A DNA stretch of 24,000 nt from Candidatus Heimdallarchaeota archaeon (GTDB lineage Archaea; Asgardarchaeota; Heimdallarchaeia; Hodarchaeales; Hodarchaeaceae): positions 44,176 through 68,175 of the forward strand of contig JBHLSH010000009.1 in NCBI GenBank assembly GCA_048881705.1, given 5' to 3'. Positions within the stretch are counted from its first letter, which is position 1; every line of letters begins with the position of its first letter. The notes below the pieces were generated by a model that did no database searches, was not told the origin of the DNA, and was given only the letters and a program-made list of their open reading frames with translations. Made by a program: the position numbers and the translations under genes. Of the stretch, positions 15,656 through 23,119 are shown piece by piece.

Positions 15656-15659
15656 CCTC

Positions 15660-16076
15660 ATGAAAAAACGTAAAGCCCTTCGATTAGTAACTCGGCGTAT
15701 CACGCGCGCATTACCTACTGGGGCGAAAGTTCAGGTTGCTGATAACTCCGGAGCTCGAATTGTCCAGGTTATTAGTGTCAAGGGGCATAAAACCCGTCTA
15801 CGGCGACAGCCAGCGGCTAAAGTAGGCGACCTTATCGTCTGCAGTGTAAAAAAGGGCACTCCAAAATTACGCCGCCAAATTGTACACGGCGTTGTAATAA
15901 GACAAAAAAAGCCCTACAAACGCGCCGACGGGAGCTGGGTACACTTTGAAGACAATGCCATTGTTGTAACGAATGAAAATGGAGAACCCCGTGGGACTGA
16001 AATCCGAGGAGCTGTTTCAAAGGAAGCAGCCGATTCCTGGCCCCGTATCGCCAGCGCCGCTCGGATAATTGCCTGA
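15660..16076 (+). CDS. rpl14: 50S ribosomal protein uL14
   Basis: LPTGAKVQVADNSGARIVQVISVKG...AKVGDLIVCSVKKGTP...VVIRQKKPYKRADGSWVHFEDNAIVV. Confidence 0.9.
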   Translation: MKKRKALRLVTRRITRALPTGAKVQVADNSGARIVQVISVKGHKTRLRRQPAAKVGDLIVCSVKKGTPKLRRQIVHGVVIRQKKPYKRADGSWVHFEDNAIVVTNENGEPRGTEIRGAVSKEAADSWPRIASAARIIA

Positions 16077-16092
16077 CGAGAGTGAAAGAACC

Positions 16093-16566
16093 ATGGACTC
16101 TAAGACACGCGATCCACGGAAAAACCGCAAACGTTCCTATGCCGATGGCACTTTTGAAAGACATCGTCATATGTCCGTTCGTCTATCTAAAGATTTACAA
16201 AGCAAATATAAGGTTAAAAAAGTACCTGTACATCGTGGTGACACTGTATATGTAGCAGCGGGAGATTTTATTGGAACTGAAGGTAAGGTACTCACTGCCA
16301 ATTATAAAACTAAACGCTTGGAGATCGATGGTATCTCTCGTGAGAAAGCGGATAAATCCAAGATCTTATATCCTATTCATACATCCAAAGTAGTCATTCG
16401 TCGGTTTGGCAAGGTCGATCGATCTAGGAAGGCCATCCTGGAACGTCGAGCCAAAACCACTGTTGATGTGGAACCAGAAGATATCCTGGAGCCAGAAGAA
16501 GAAATCGAAGAGATTTTCGAGGAAGAGGATGACGATCTAGAAGACCTTTCCCAGGAGGAAGAGTAA
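16093..16566 (+). CDS. rpl24: 50S ribosomal protein uL24 (L26e type) with an acidic C-terminal tail
   Basis: RKNRKRSY...HRHMSVRLSKDLQSKYKVKKVPVHRGDTVYVAAGDFIGTEGKVLTANYKTKRLEIDGIS contains a KOW motif. I prefer ATG 16093 over the upstream TTG 16069. Confidence 0.9.
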   Translation: MDSKTRDPRKNRKRSYADGTFERHRHMSVRLSKDLQSKYKVKKVPVHRGDTVYVAAGDFIGTEGKVLTANYKTKRLEIDGISREKADKSKILYPIHTSKVVIRRFGKVDRSRKAILERRAKTTVDVEPEDILEPEEEIEEIFEEEDDDLEDLSQEEE

Positions 16567-16580
16567 CGGAGTGAAATATC

Positions 16581-17360
16581 ATGGGAAGTAAAGGCATTTC
16601 ACGACATAAAAAACGCTTGAATGCTCCTATCACTTACTCGATTGCCCGCAAACACGGTGTCTTTACCGTTCGACCTTTACCAGGAAAACGAAAGGAGGTC
16701 TCTCTACCTTTGGGTATTATTCTCCGAGAAATCCTTGGGTACGCCAAGACCCTTTCGGAGGTAAAAAAAATCCTAAAGAAAGAGATTGTCAAAGTTGATG
16801 GACAGGTCATGACAAGCTATAAATCTCAGGTAGGATTGCTGGACACCCTAGAAATCACCGCAGCTGATGAATATTACCGTTTGATCCCCTATCGCGGTAA
16901 ACGTCGTCTCATGCTCCGTCCAATATCGTCTGAGCAGGCGTCCCGCAAGCCTCTTCGGGTTGAGAAGAAAAAAACTGTCCGTGGCGGCCTTGTTCAATTA
17001 GCTTTTCATGATGGACGAACCCTCCTTATCGATCCCACAGCCAAAGGTGGGCCACCTATCGAGGAGATCTCTCCCAAGAACACCGTCCTTTTCAACCTAG
17101 AAACCAAAGAAATTGAAGAAAACTTCTCTTTTTCTGAAGGAAACTTGGGATTAGTTATTGGAGGCCACAATGTCGGTTTGAGCGGAGAAATAAGCGAAAT
17201 CGAGACGCAATTGGGAAGAAAAAATCGAATTGTTACCCTCAACACGGAAGAAGGACCCATCAAAACCACAGATAACCACATTTTCATTATTGGCCAGAAG
17301 AACCCAATTATCGATCTTTCCCCCCTAGCCCCCGAAGGAGAATCGGATACCGATGAGTAG
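16581..17360 (+). CDS. rps4e: 30S ribosomal protein eS4
   Basis: MGSKGISRHKKRLNAP...VRPLPGKRKEVSLPLGIILREILGYAKTLSEVKKILKKEIVKVDGQV... is the typical S4e N-terminus with S4 and KOW regions. Confidence 0.9.
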   Translation: MGSKGISRHKKRLNAPITYSIARKHGVFTVRPLPGKRKEVSLPLGIILREILGYAKTLSEVKKILKKEIVKVDGQVMTSYKSQVGLLDTLEITAADEYYRLIPYRGKRRLMLRPISSEQASRKPLRVEKKKTVRGGLVQLAFHDGRTLLIDPTAKGGPPIEEISPKNTVLFNLETKEIEENFSFSEGNLGLVIGGHNVGLSGEISEIETQLGRKNRIVTLNTEEGPIKTTDNHIFIIGQKNPIIDLSPLAPEGESDTDE

Positions 17361-17964
17361 TAGATTGAGACTCCGACGCCGAAAATCCCGTGAAGAGGAA
17401 GAGCGTCCCCCCGTTCAACTCACCGAGACCGAACAGTCATTCATAGAGTCATGGAAAACCCAACCTATGCGAAAACCCCATATCGAAAAAGTGTCTGTCA
17501 ACTTTGCAGTGGGAAGATCGGGTCCCGATTTGGAAAAGGCCAGAACTCTTTGCCAACAAATTACTAACCAGGTCCCCGCTGAAGGCCGAGCCAAGGAATC
17601 TGTCCGAGGCTTTGGCATCCGCAAACACGAGCCGATTGGCGTTTTCAGTACCTTGCGTGGCGAATTGGCTCAAGCTTTTCTCAAAAAGGCCTTTTATGCC
17701 GTTGAAGAAAAGGTCGCTACCAAGAATTTCGACCGTTACGGTAATCTCTCCTTTGGCATAGATGAGCACCTTAAACTTCCTGATATCAAATACGACCCCC
17801 AAATCGGCGTCCATGGCTTTAATACTACGATCGTTATGGGACGTCCTGGCTATCGAACCAAACTCCGTCGGATCAGATCTAAAAAAATATCTTCTCGGCA
17901 TAAATTAACTAAAGAAGAAAGTATTGCCTTTTTCAAGCATGAATACAACCTAGAAGTTGAGTGA
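17353..17964 (+). CDS. rpl5: 50S ribosomal protein uL5 with an apparent 28-aa Arg-rich N-terminal extension
   Basis: SFIESWKTQPMRKPHIEKVSVNFAVGRSG...FGIRKHEPIGVFSTLRG...GNLSFGIDEHLKLPDIKYDPQIGVHGFN. The ATG at 17353 overlaps the eS4 gene by 8 nt. No other canonical start lies before the conserved region. Confidence 0.85.
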   Translation: MSSRLRLRRRKSREEEERPPVQLTETEQSFIESWKTQPMRKPHIEKVSVNFAVGRSGPDLEKARTLCQQITNQVPAEGRAKESVRGFGIRKHEPIGVFSTLRGELAQAFLKKAFYAVEEKVATKNFDRYGNLSFGIDEHLKLPDIKYDPQIGVHGFNTTIVMGRPGYRTKLRRIRSKKISSRHKLTKEESIAFFKHEYNLEVE

Positions 17965-17970
17965 GCCCGA

Positions 17971-18129
17971 ATGACACAGAACCTACGTACAAAAAAACCC
18001 TTCGGACGCGGAACACGCACCTGTCGACGCTGTAAAACTCATAGAGCGGTTATCCGCAAATATGGCCTCTATATCTGCCGCCGATGTATTCGTGAAATTG
18101 CGCCAGAACTAGGATTTAAGAAATATTGA
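17971..18129 (+). CDS. rps14: 30S ribosomal protein uS14 (zinc-binding, S29e type), 52 aa. Below the ORF-track size cutoff.
   Basis: Manual translation gives [52 protein letters not shown]. It has CxxC...CxxC plus the FGRG and GFxKY signatures, in the canonical position after uL5. Confidence 0.9.
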   Translation: MTQNLRTKKPFGRGTRTCRRCKTHRAVIRKYGLYICRRCIREIAPELGFKKY

Positions 18130-18992
18130 GCCGGACTCGGCCCCCTTTTGAACTCATTCAGCACGATCTTTTGATTCAAAACCTGATTCCCCTCCCCCTT
18201 ATTGACCTTCTACCGCAAGGGTGGAAACGGATTGGTCATGTCGGAATTCTTACCCTAGACCCCCGTCTTTACCCCTGGAAACGGGTGATCGGGCAAGTCT
18301 ACCTCAAACACCTCCCTGAACTATCGACCATAGCCCATAAGGTAGGAATTACGACCCAGGAAACCCGAACTCCGGATTACGAGGTGCTGGCTGGGGATCC
18401 CAAGACCATCACCCTCCATAAAGAACTTCATTGTACGTTCATACTCGATGCTCTCCGATTGACCTTTTCTAGCGGTAACCACGCGGAACGACTCCATCTG
18501 ATCCACGCATGTCAACCTGACGAAAAAGTCATAGACATGTTTGCCTGTGTAGGAAACCTCTCAATTCCCCTCGCGGTTCACATTCCCACGGCCAAAGTCC
18601 TAGGTATTGATATCAACCCGCTTGCCTGTACCTATCTCGCCAAAAACATCCAAAAGAACCACCTGACCGATCGTTACTACGCCGTTTGTGGTGATAATCG
18701 TATCGCTACCCCCGTCGATTGGGCAGATCGTGTTATTATGGGATACTTTACCCTCGATTCCGCGCACTTTATCAGTGCCCTTTCATCCCTTCGTCAAACC
18801 CGCGGCGGAACCATCCATGCCCATGGCCTCAGTAGTAACCGAAATCCTCAGGATTGGTATCAAAACGTCAACAATATCATCTCTGGTTCTTTCCCCCACT
18901 TTAAGATCAGCACCACCAAAAAACGAATTATTAAGACCGTCGCCGCAGGGATCGAGCATTTTGTTGACGACATCACCATTGTACCTCAATAG
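18126..18992 (+). CDS. taw2: Trm5/TYW2-family SAM-dependent tRNA modification enzyme, most likely Taw2 (wyosine-derivative aminocarboxypropyltransferase)
   Basis: [27 protein letters not shown], the SAM motif [16 protein letters not shown], and [15 protein letters not shown] stands where Trm5 methyltransferases have an NLP motif, and as I recall a GY(V/F) motif there is the Taw2/TYW2 state. The size (288 aa) also fits Taw2. TTG start, forming TTGA with the uS14 stop. Confidence 0.65.
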   Translation: MSRTRPPFELIQHDLLIQNLIPLPLIDLLPQGWKRIGHVGILTLDPRLYPWKRVIGQVYLKHLPELSTIAHKVGITTQETRTPDYEVLAGDPKTITLHKELHCTFILDALRLTFSSGNHAERLHLIHACQPDEKVIDMFACVGNLSIPLAVHIPTAKVLGIDINPLACTYLAKNIQKNHLTDRYYAVCGDNRIATPVDWADRVIMGYFTLDSAHFISALSSLRQTRGGTIHAHGLSSNRNPQDWYQNVNNIISGSFPHFKISTTKKRIIKTVAAGIEHFVDDITIVPQ

Positions 18993-19004
18993 CTTCGTTC
19001 TTCC

Positions 19005-19910
19005 CTAGCCGATTAGTGCACTCACCTCTGCGTACACTCGCCTGATCTCCTCCGGGGTCGGCATGTAGTCCTCATGAGAAACCCTGTTCCGTAGATGGTT
19101 GAGCCACTTGAGAAAGCTCTTCTTGTTAAACAACCCAAACTGTGCCACTTTCCGCTCTAGCTCATCTGTAAACTTTCCCTCGATCCCTAAAAGCTTCCTA
19201 ACTGTTGCATGGGCATAATGAACAAAGGCATGTCGATACACTAGATTTTCCCCCTGGGCTCCTTCATAACATTCCACCGCCAGCTCCCAGACCTTGTCAA
19301 CTTCCGCATCTTTCCTCAAATCCATTCTACTCCCCTCTGAAACCTCCGTTCCATCCGTAACCTGCAACCCTTTGATTATCACCTTTGATTGACGGGACTC
19401 CTCGAGCGTAGGTACTGGCACCGATAATACCTCTGGTTTCGACTCTGCATCTATTCCAGGAGGATGAATTAATCCAGCCCGTACGTGCCCCTCTATCTGT
19501 GCCATTACTTCCTGCAGCCGATTATCCAAGCCCAGCATTTCTTGGGCCTGTTGAAGAACAAACATTGCTTTAAATAGCTCATTTTCCTGAACAAATATCT
19601 CGACTAATCGCATCCATGTACCGATATTTCTTGGTTCCCATTGAGCCGCCTCCATGAACGTCTTAAACGCCGCCTGTTCATGACCCTCTTCTCTCATTAT
19701 ATGTCCCCTCAATATCCAGAAATCTACCAGTAATGAGAGATTGCTATTACTCAGTTGCTTCAAATTGGCAATGACCATGGGATCCACTCTTTGATTTTCC
19801 CCTGCCAATACCCTCTCCACTAATGTGATTAGTTCGGCGCCATTTGGATGACCCTCCAAACTAGCCACAAAATCCGTCACTAAGCTTCCTACTTTCTCTG
19901 CTATTTCCAT
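19005..19910 (-). CDS. Uncharacterised 301-aa protein: N-terminal TPR-like repeats and a C-terminal helical domain carrying a HEPN-type RNxxxH motif
   Basis: The TPR-like segment is WILRGHIMREEGHEQAAFKTFMEAAQWEPRNIGTWMRLVEIFVQENELFKAMFVLQQAQEM. The C-terminus ...KSFLKWLNHLRNRVSHEDYMPTPEEIRRVYAEVSALIG contains RNRVSH, which fits the Rx4-6H HEPN signature in a DUF4145-like layout. ATG start. Confidence 0.6.
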   Translation of the reverse strand: MEIAEKVGSLVTDFVASLEGHPNGAELITLVERVLAGENQRVDPMVIANLKQLSNSNLSLLVDFWILRGHIMREEGHEQAAFKTFMEAAQWEPRNIGTWMRLVEIFVQENELFKAMFVLQQAQEMLGLDNRLQEVMAQIEGHVRAGLIHPPGIDAESKPEVLSVPVPTLEESRQSKVIIKGLQVTDGTEVSEGSRMDLRKDAEVDKVWELAVECYEGAQGENLVYRHAFVHYAHATVRKLLGIEGKFTDELERKVAQFGLFNKKSFLKWLNHLRNRVSHEDYMPTPEEIRRVYAEVSALIG

Positions 19911-20257
19911 TACTGACTAGTTCTCCACACAGTTACTCTGATAAGAGGGGAAAAGAAGTTCAATTCAAGCCCTATTCACTATTACTCCATCCCCCTCCTC
20001 CTATATATACTCCAATGATTTCGATCTAATGGTCGTTGTTAGGGTATTCTTACTCTTAATGATTAATTTTCGAGATACTTCTTTTATCCGCTGCTCTAAT
20101 CAATGTAATCTCCTCTAGATCGTAAATCTCAAGAATTAAACTCCCGTCAAGTATCCAAATTTAATCGGATTTCTGCTGACATGCCTGCTTCGAAAGATTT
20201 TAACTTTAATCAAATTGACTCGAAAGAATTCAGGAAAAATGAATTTGTTGGCCGAGA

Positions 20258-21646
20258 TTACCCATGGGTACGAACAATATTTTTCATCCGGGCAATATAT
20301 TCATTCAATCGAACGGCCTTCATTCGCTCGTGAATGGATGCTCCTTTTGAGAGCATTTCTTCGGATTTTTCCAGCATTTCCTTGAGGGCGGTTTGATCAT
20401 CCTTAACCTTCTCCGCTAACTTTCTTAAATTTTGTTCTGCTGTTATTGACTCTGCCTGTTCAAGAAGGGTATCTGTCCGTGTTATATTGCCTCGGATTAA
20501 CGAAAATCGTGAAAGAAGAAGCAAGGCCTCCACTGCCAAGGAGAAGGATTTTTGCTCCTGGGCAATGCCGTGAATTTTCGCCGATAGGTTTTCCGCCTCT
20601 GTTAGAACTTCAGGTTCTCCGTAGAGAGACAGTTCGTCAAGTAATAACTCACAAAGATTCACCATTGCATAGATTGAGAGATCATGTAAAATGATTTCTT
20701 CGTGGATGATTTCCTCAAGGATTCGTTGTGCATCAGTCTTATCCTTGAGACGGCGACCATTTTTCAACACCAAAGCATATGCCAATCTCTGTCGGAGATC
20801 GATGTAACGATTGTTAGGATCCTTGTCTCGTTTTACTTCCTCAAGCTTTTTCAAGTAAACCTGCGCTTGATTTCTTTCTCCCACCTCTAAACTAGTGAGA
20901 ACCATGTGAAATAGACTGCAAGATATCTGATCGAATTTCTCATCTTCTTCATCAATAGTCATACACTGTTCAAAAGAGCTCAACGCCTTCACATAATCAC
21001 CCTGATAAAAATAAGTGACCCCGATCACATGTCGGGAATAGCTTTCAAGATACCGATATCCTGCTTCCCGTGCTAGGGAAAATGCCCGATTCAAATATGA
21101 AATCGACTGATCAAGCTCCCCCCGTGACCGATGCATAAGCCCTACCAGCGAAAGAGACTCCGCGATTTGAAATTCATCCTTAAATTCCTCCGCCGCTGTG
21201 AGGGATTTATATGAAAATAAAAGCGCCTGTTGAAGATCTCCCAAGGTCCAGCAAACCCGGGCTTTTACGTCATATAGGAGACATCCCCATTCTTTTCCAT
21301 TCTCTAACAAGCTGAGTAACTCCTGACCCTCCTCAAGCAGCCCAGAAGCTTCAGTAACTTTCCCAAACCGGTATAAAGCATAACTCTTCATCACTACTGC
21401 CCCCAGTTCCTGGTACCTGTCCCCTATCCCCTTATTTTTCTGATGAGCTTGATCTGCCGCCTTAATTGCCTGCTGGTATTCTTCCCGCAGGACAAAAATT
21501 CGGCTTTTGAGTAATAGTCCCATCACCTCCGCTTTAGGGTTTAGTTCTTCTATTTGTGAGAGTGCTTCTTCATATTTCGCCTGATAGATTAGATCGCGGA
21601 TATCCTGAATTTTCATACGATACCTGTCCTGGATCCTGGGTAGCAT
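20258..21646 (-). CDS. Tetratricopeptide-repeat (TPR) protein, 462 aa, with no other recognisable domain
   Basis: There are many TPR-like helix pairs, e.g. IAESLSLVGLMHRSRGELDQSISYLNRAFSLAREAGYRYLESYSRHVIGVTYFYQGDYVKALSSFEQC. An alternative start is ATG 21616. A TTCATAAAT box about 25 nt upstream of ATG 21646 would fit a leaderless transcript. Confidence 0.7.
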   Translation of the reverse strand: MLPRIQDRYRMKIQDIRDLIYQAKYEEALSQIEELNPKAEVMGLLLKSRIFVLREEYQQAIKAADQAHQKNKGIGDRYQELGAVVMKSYALYRFGKVTEASGLLEEGQELLSLLENGKEWGCLLYDVKARVCWTLGDLQQALLFSYKSLTAAEEFKDEFQIAESLSLVGLMHRSRGELDQSISYLNRAFSLAREAGYRYLESYSRHVIGVTYFYQGDYVKALSSFEQCMTIDEEDEKFDQISCSLFHMVLTSLEVGERNQAQVYLKKLEEVKRDKDPNNRYIDLRQRLAYALVLKNGRRLKDKTDAQRILEEIIHEEIILHDLSIYAMVNLCELLLDELSLYGEPEVLTEAENLSAKIHGIAQEQKSFSLAVEALLLLSRFSLIRGNITRTDTLLEQAESITAEQNLRKLAEKVKDDQTALKEMLEKSEEMLSKGASIHERMKAVRLNEYIARMKNIVRTHG

Positions 21647-21987
21647 AAAAAGGCTTGGCGATTTATGAAGTGATTATTGAACTTCGTAGGCGCAGCTGAT
21701 AACTAACTCTATAGCGGAAGATCCAACTACCTAACACAATCCGTGGTCACCCGCTTGATGTATCTAGCTGCTTAGCGGTAGCCCCATATGCGTCACGCGA
21801 TTTTTTCTCTTTTTTTCGAAACTTCATCCCCTTCTATGATTTCTCTCCATTCAGGATATAGAAAAAAGAATGAAAATGGGCGCCCTCCATCTGTTCTGAG
21901 GGTAATAGTCACTGAGCTCAGGAGGGAAAGATTCGCCCATTAATAGGTTGTTTTTGATTGGCGAGTTGTCCCTTATATTCACGAAAC

Positions 21988-22401
21988 TTATGGCCCGAGA
22001 TTCAACAAACTGTAACTCCAAGGTGTTGGAACCGCTAGAAACATTAATGCCGATCCCAACAATGCCAGGTTCTTCATAAATTGAACTCTTTCCGCGGCCT
22101 TCATTTGCGCATCTTCTATTGTCCAGAAGTTATGCATCATGATATTTACGGGGACAAAGAACGCTACGAGACTTAGCACTCCAATTTCTGGGAAAACTCC
22201 TAAAATAAAGGTAATTCCCGCAATGGCCAATAACAGTCCTGTGACCTGCACCGCCAATCTTGGTGATGGAACCCCTTTTGACCCTGCATAACCCTGTAAC
22301 ATGTCCACATTCTTGAAATGATTCCAAGCATTATACAGGTAGAAAGCTCCAACCACCACTCGCCCAATCAAAAAGATGACTGAATATAATGGATCTGCCA
22401 T
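21988..22401 (-). CDS. DoxX-family integral membrane protein
   Basis: LIGRVVVGAFYLYNAWNHFKN...GVPSPRLAVQVTGLLLAIAGITFILG...VAFFVPVNIMMHNFW is the typical four-TM DoxX pattern. I prefer ATG 22401 to the upstream GTG 22419. Confidence 0.8.
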   Translation of the reverse strand: MADPLYSVIFLIGRVVVGAFYLYNAWNHFKNVDMLQGYAGSKGVPSPRLAVQVTGLLLAIAGITFILGVFPEIGVLSLVAFFVPVNIMMHNFWTIEDAQMKAAERVQFMKNLALLGSALMFLAVPTPWSYSLLNLGP

Positions 22402-22471
22402 ATGTTTTTCACCTACCACCAGTTATGAAAAACTGATATCTAGTATTTCAACCTCACTATAGAAATTTTAT

Positions 22472-22492
22472 ATACTATACAGGGTATAGTAT
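22472..22492. promoter_or_regulatory. Perfect inverted repeat ATACTATAC-AGG-GTATAGTAT, a candidate HxlR operator overlapping a TTTTATATA box
   Basis: The 9-bp arms were read directly from the sequence. The repeat lies in the 179-bp divergent DoxX/HxlR intergenic region and abuts TTTTATATA (22466-22474). A second, imperfect repeat, AGTAAGTAT-N8-ATACTCACT, lies at 22496-22521. Confidence 0.45.
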
Positions 22493-22580
22493 TGCAGTAA
22501 GTATCCTCCGTAATACTCACTATTTTCGTGATAACTGATCGAATCCCAGCTGACTCGATGCATCAAAGAGGCTACCACAG

Positions 22581-22979
22581 ATGGCCCGACATAACAGTAC
22601 GAGTTTTACCAAACCTGACCCTAGTGAACCACAAGCCACAGCAGTTTCTCCCGAAGAAGCATCGGACAAAGAATCCTGCGAAATTACTGAAATTATTGCT
22701 ATCTTAAGCCGAAAATGGACCCTTAACGTTCTCCGCGAACTCGGCCTCCACGACACCCTCCGTTTCAATGAAATCCTCACCAATTGCGGTAATATTAGCC
22801 CCCGTACTCTTTCCAAACGTTTGAAAGAGTTAGCTCAGCACGGCCTTATCCACCGAACCCAATTCAATGAAATCCCTCCCAAAGTGGTCTATTCCCTGAC
22901 TCTCAAAGGTGTAGAACTCGTCCACAGCTTCAAAGACCTCGATAATTGGGCCAAGAAGTGGAATCTGAACCCTTCTTAA
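22581..22979 (+). CDS. HxlR-family winged-helix transcriptional regulator
   Basis: CEITEIIAILSRKWTLNVLRELGLHDTLRFNEILTNCGNISPRTLSKRLKELAQHGLIHRTQFNEIPPKVVYSLTLKG is the canonical HxlR core. It has an N-terminal extension of about 30 aa. Confidence 0.85.
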   Translation: MARHNSTSFTKPDPSEPQATAVSPEEASDKESCEITEIIAILSRKWTLNVLRELGLHDTLRFNEILTNCGNISPRTLSKRLKELAQHGLIHRTQFNEIPPKVVYSLTLKGVELVHSFKDLDNWAKKWNLNPS

Positions 22980-23119
22980 GTCTCCACTCTTCTGTTTTCT
23001 TCCTGCTTGATCCGCTTCGCCCGCTTACCCTTTCCTTTATTCGTCGTCTAAGCTAATTCTTCCTGATGTCAGTTCAATGCTTTCACTTAACTAGGATTTG
23101 GTTCTTCTCAAAAAAGAAT

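Noticed and set aside
15832-16170. 112-aa minus-strand ORF
   Set aside because: It is antisense to uL14 and uL24, Arg/Cys-rich and motif-free. It is a shadow ORF in a high-confidence operon.
17415-17901. 150-aa and 69-aa minus-strand ORFs, and an 85-aa plus-strand ORF, inside uL5
   Set aside because: All overlap the strongly supported uL5 gene, either antisense or out of frame. None has a recognisable motif.
18688-19008. 106-aa plus-strand and 68-aa minus-strand ORFs overlapping the Taw2-like gene
   Set aside because: They are out of frame or antisense to a gene with a clear SAM-binding motif, and they have no features of their own.
22520-22816. 98-aa minus-strand ORF
   Set aside because: It is antisense to the HxlR gene, whose winged-helix core is unambiguous. 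It would also run through the operator and promoter region.
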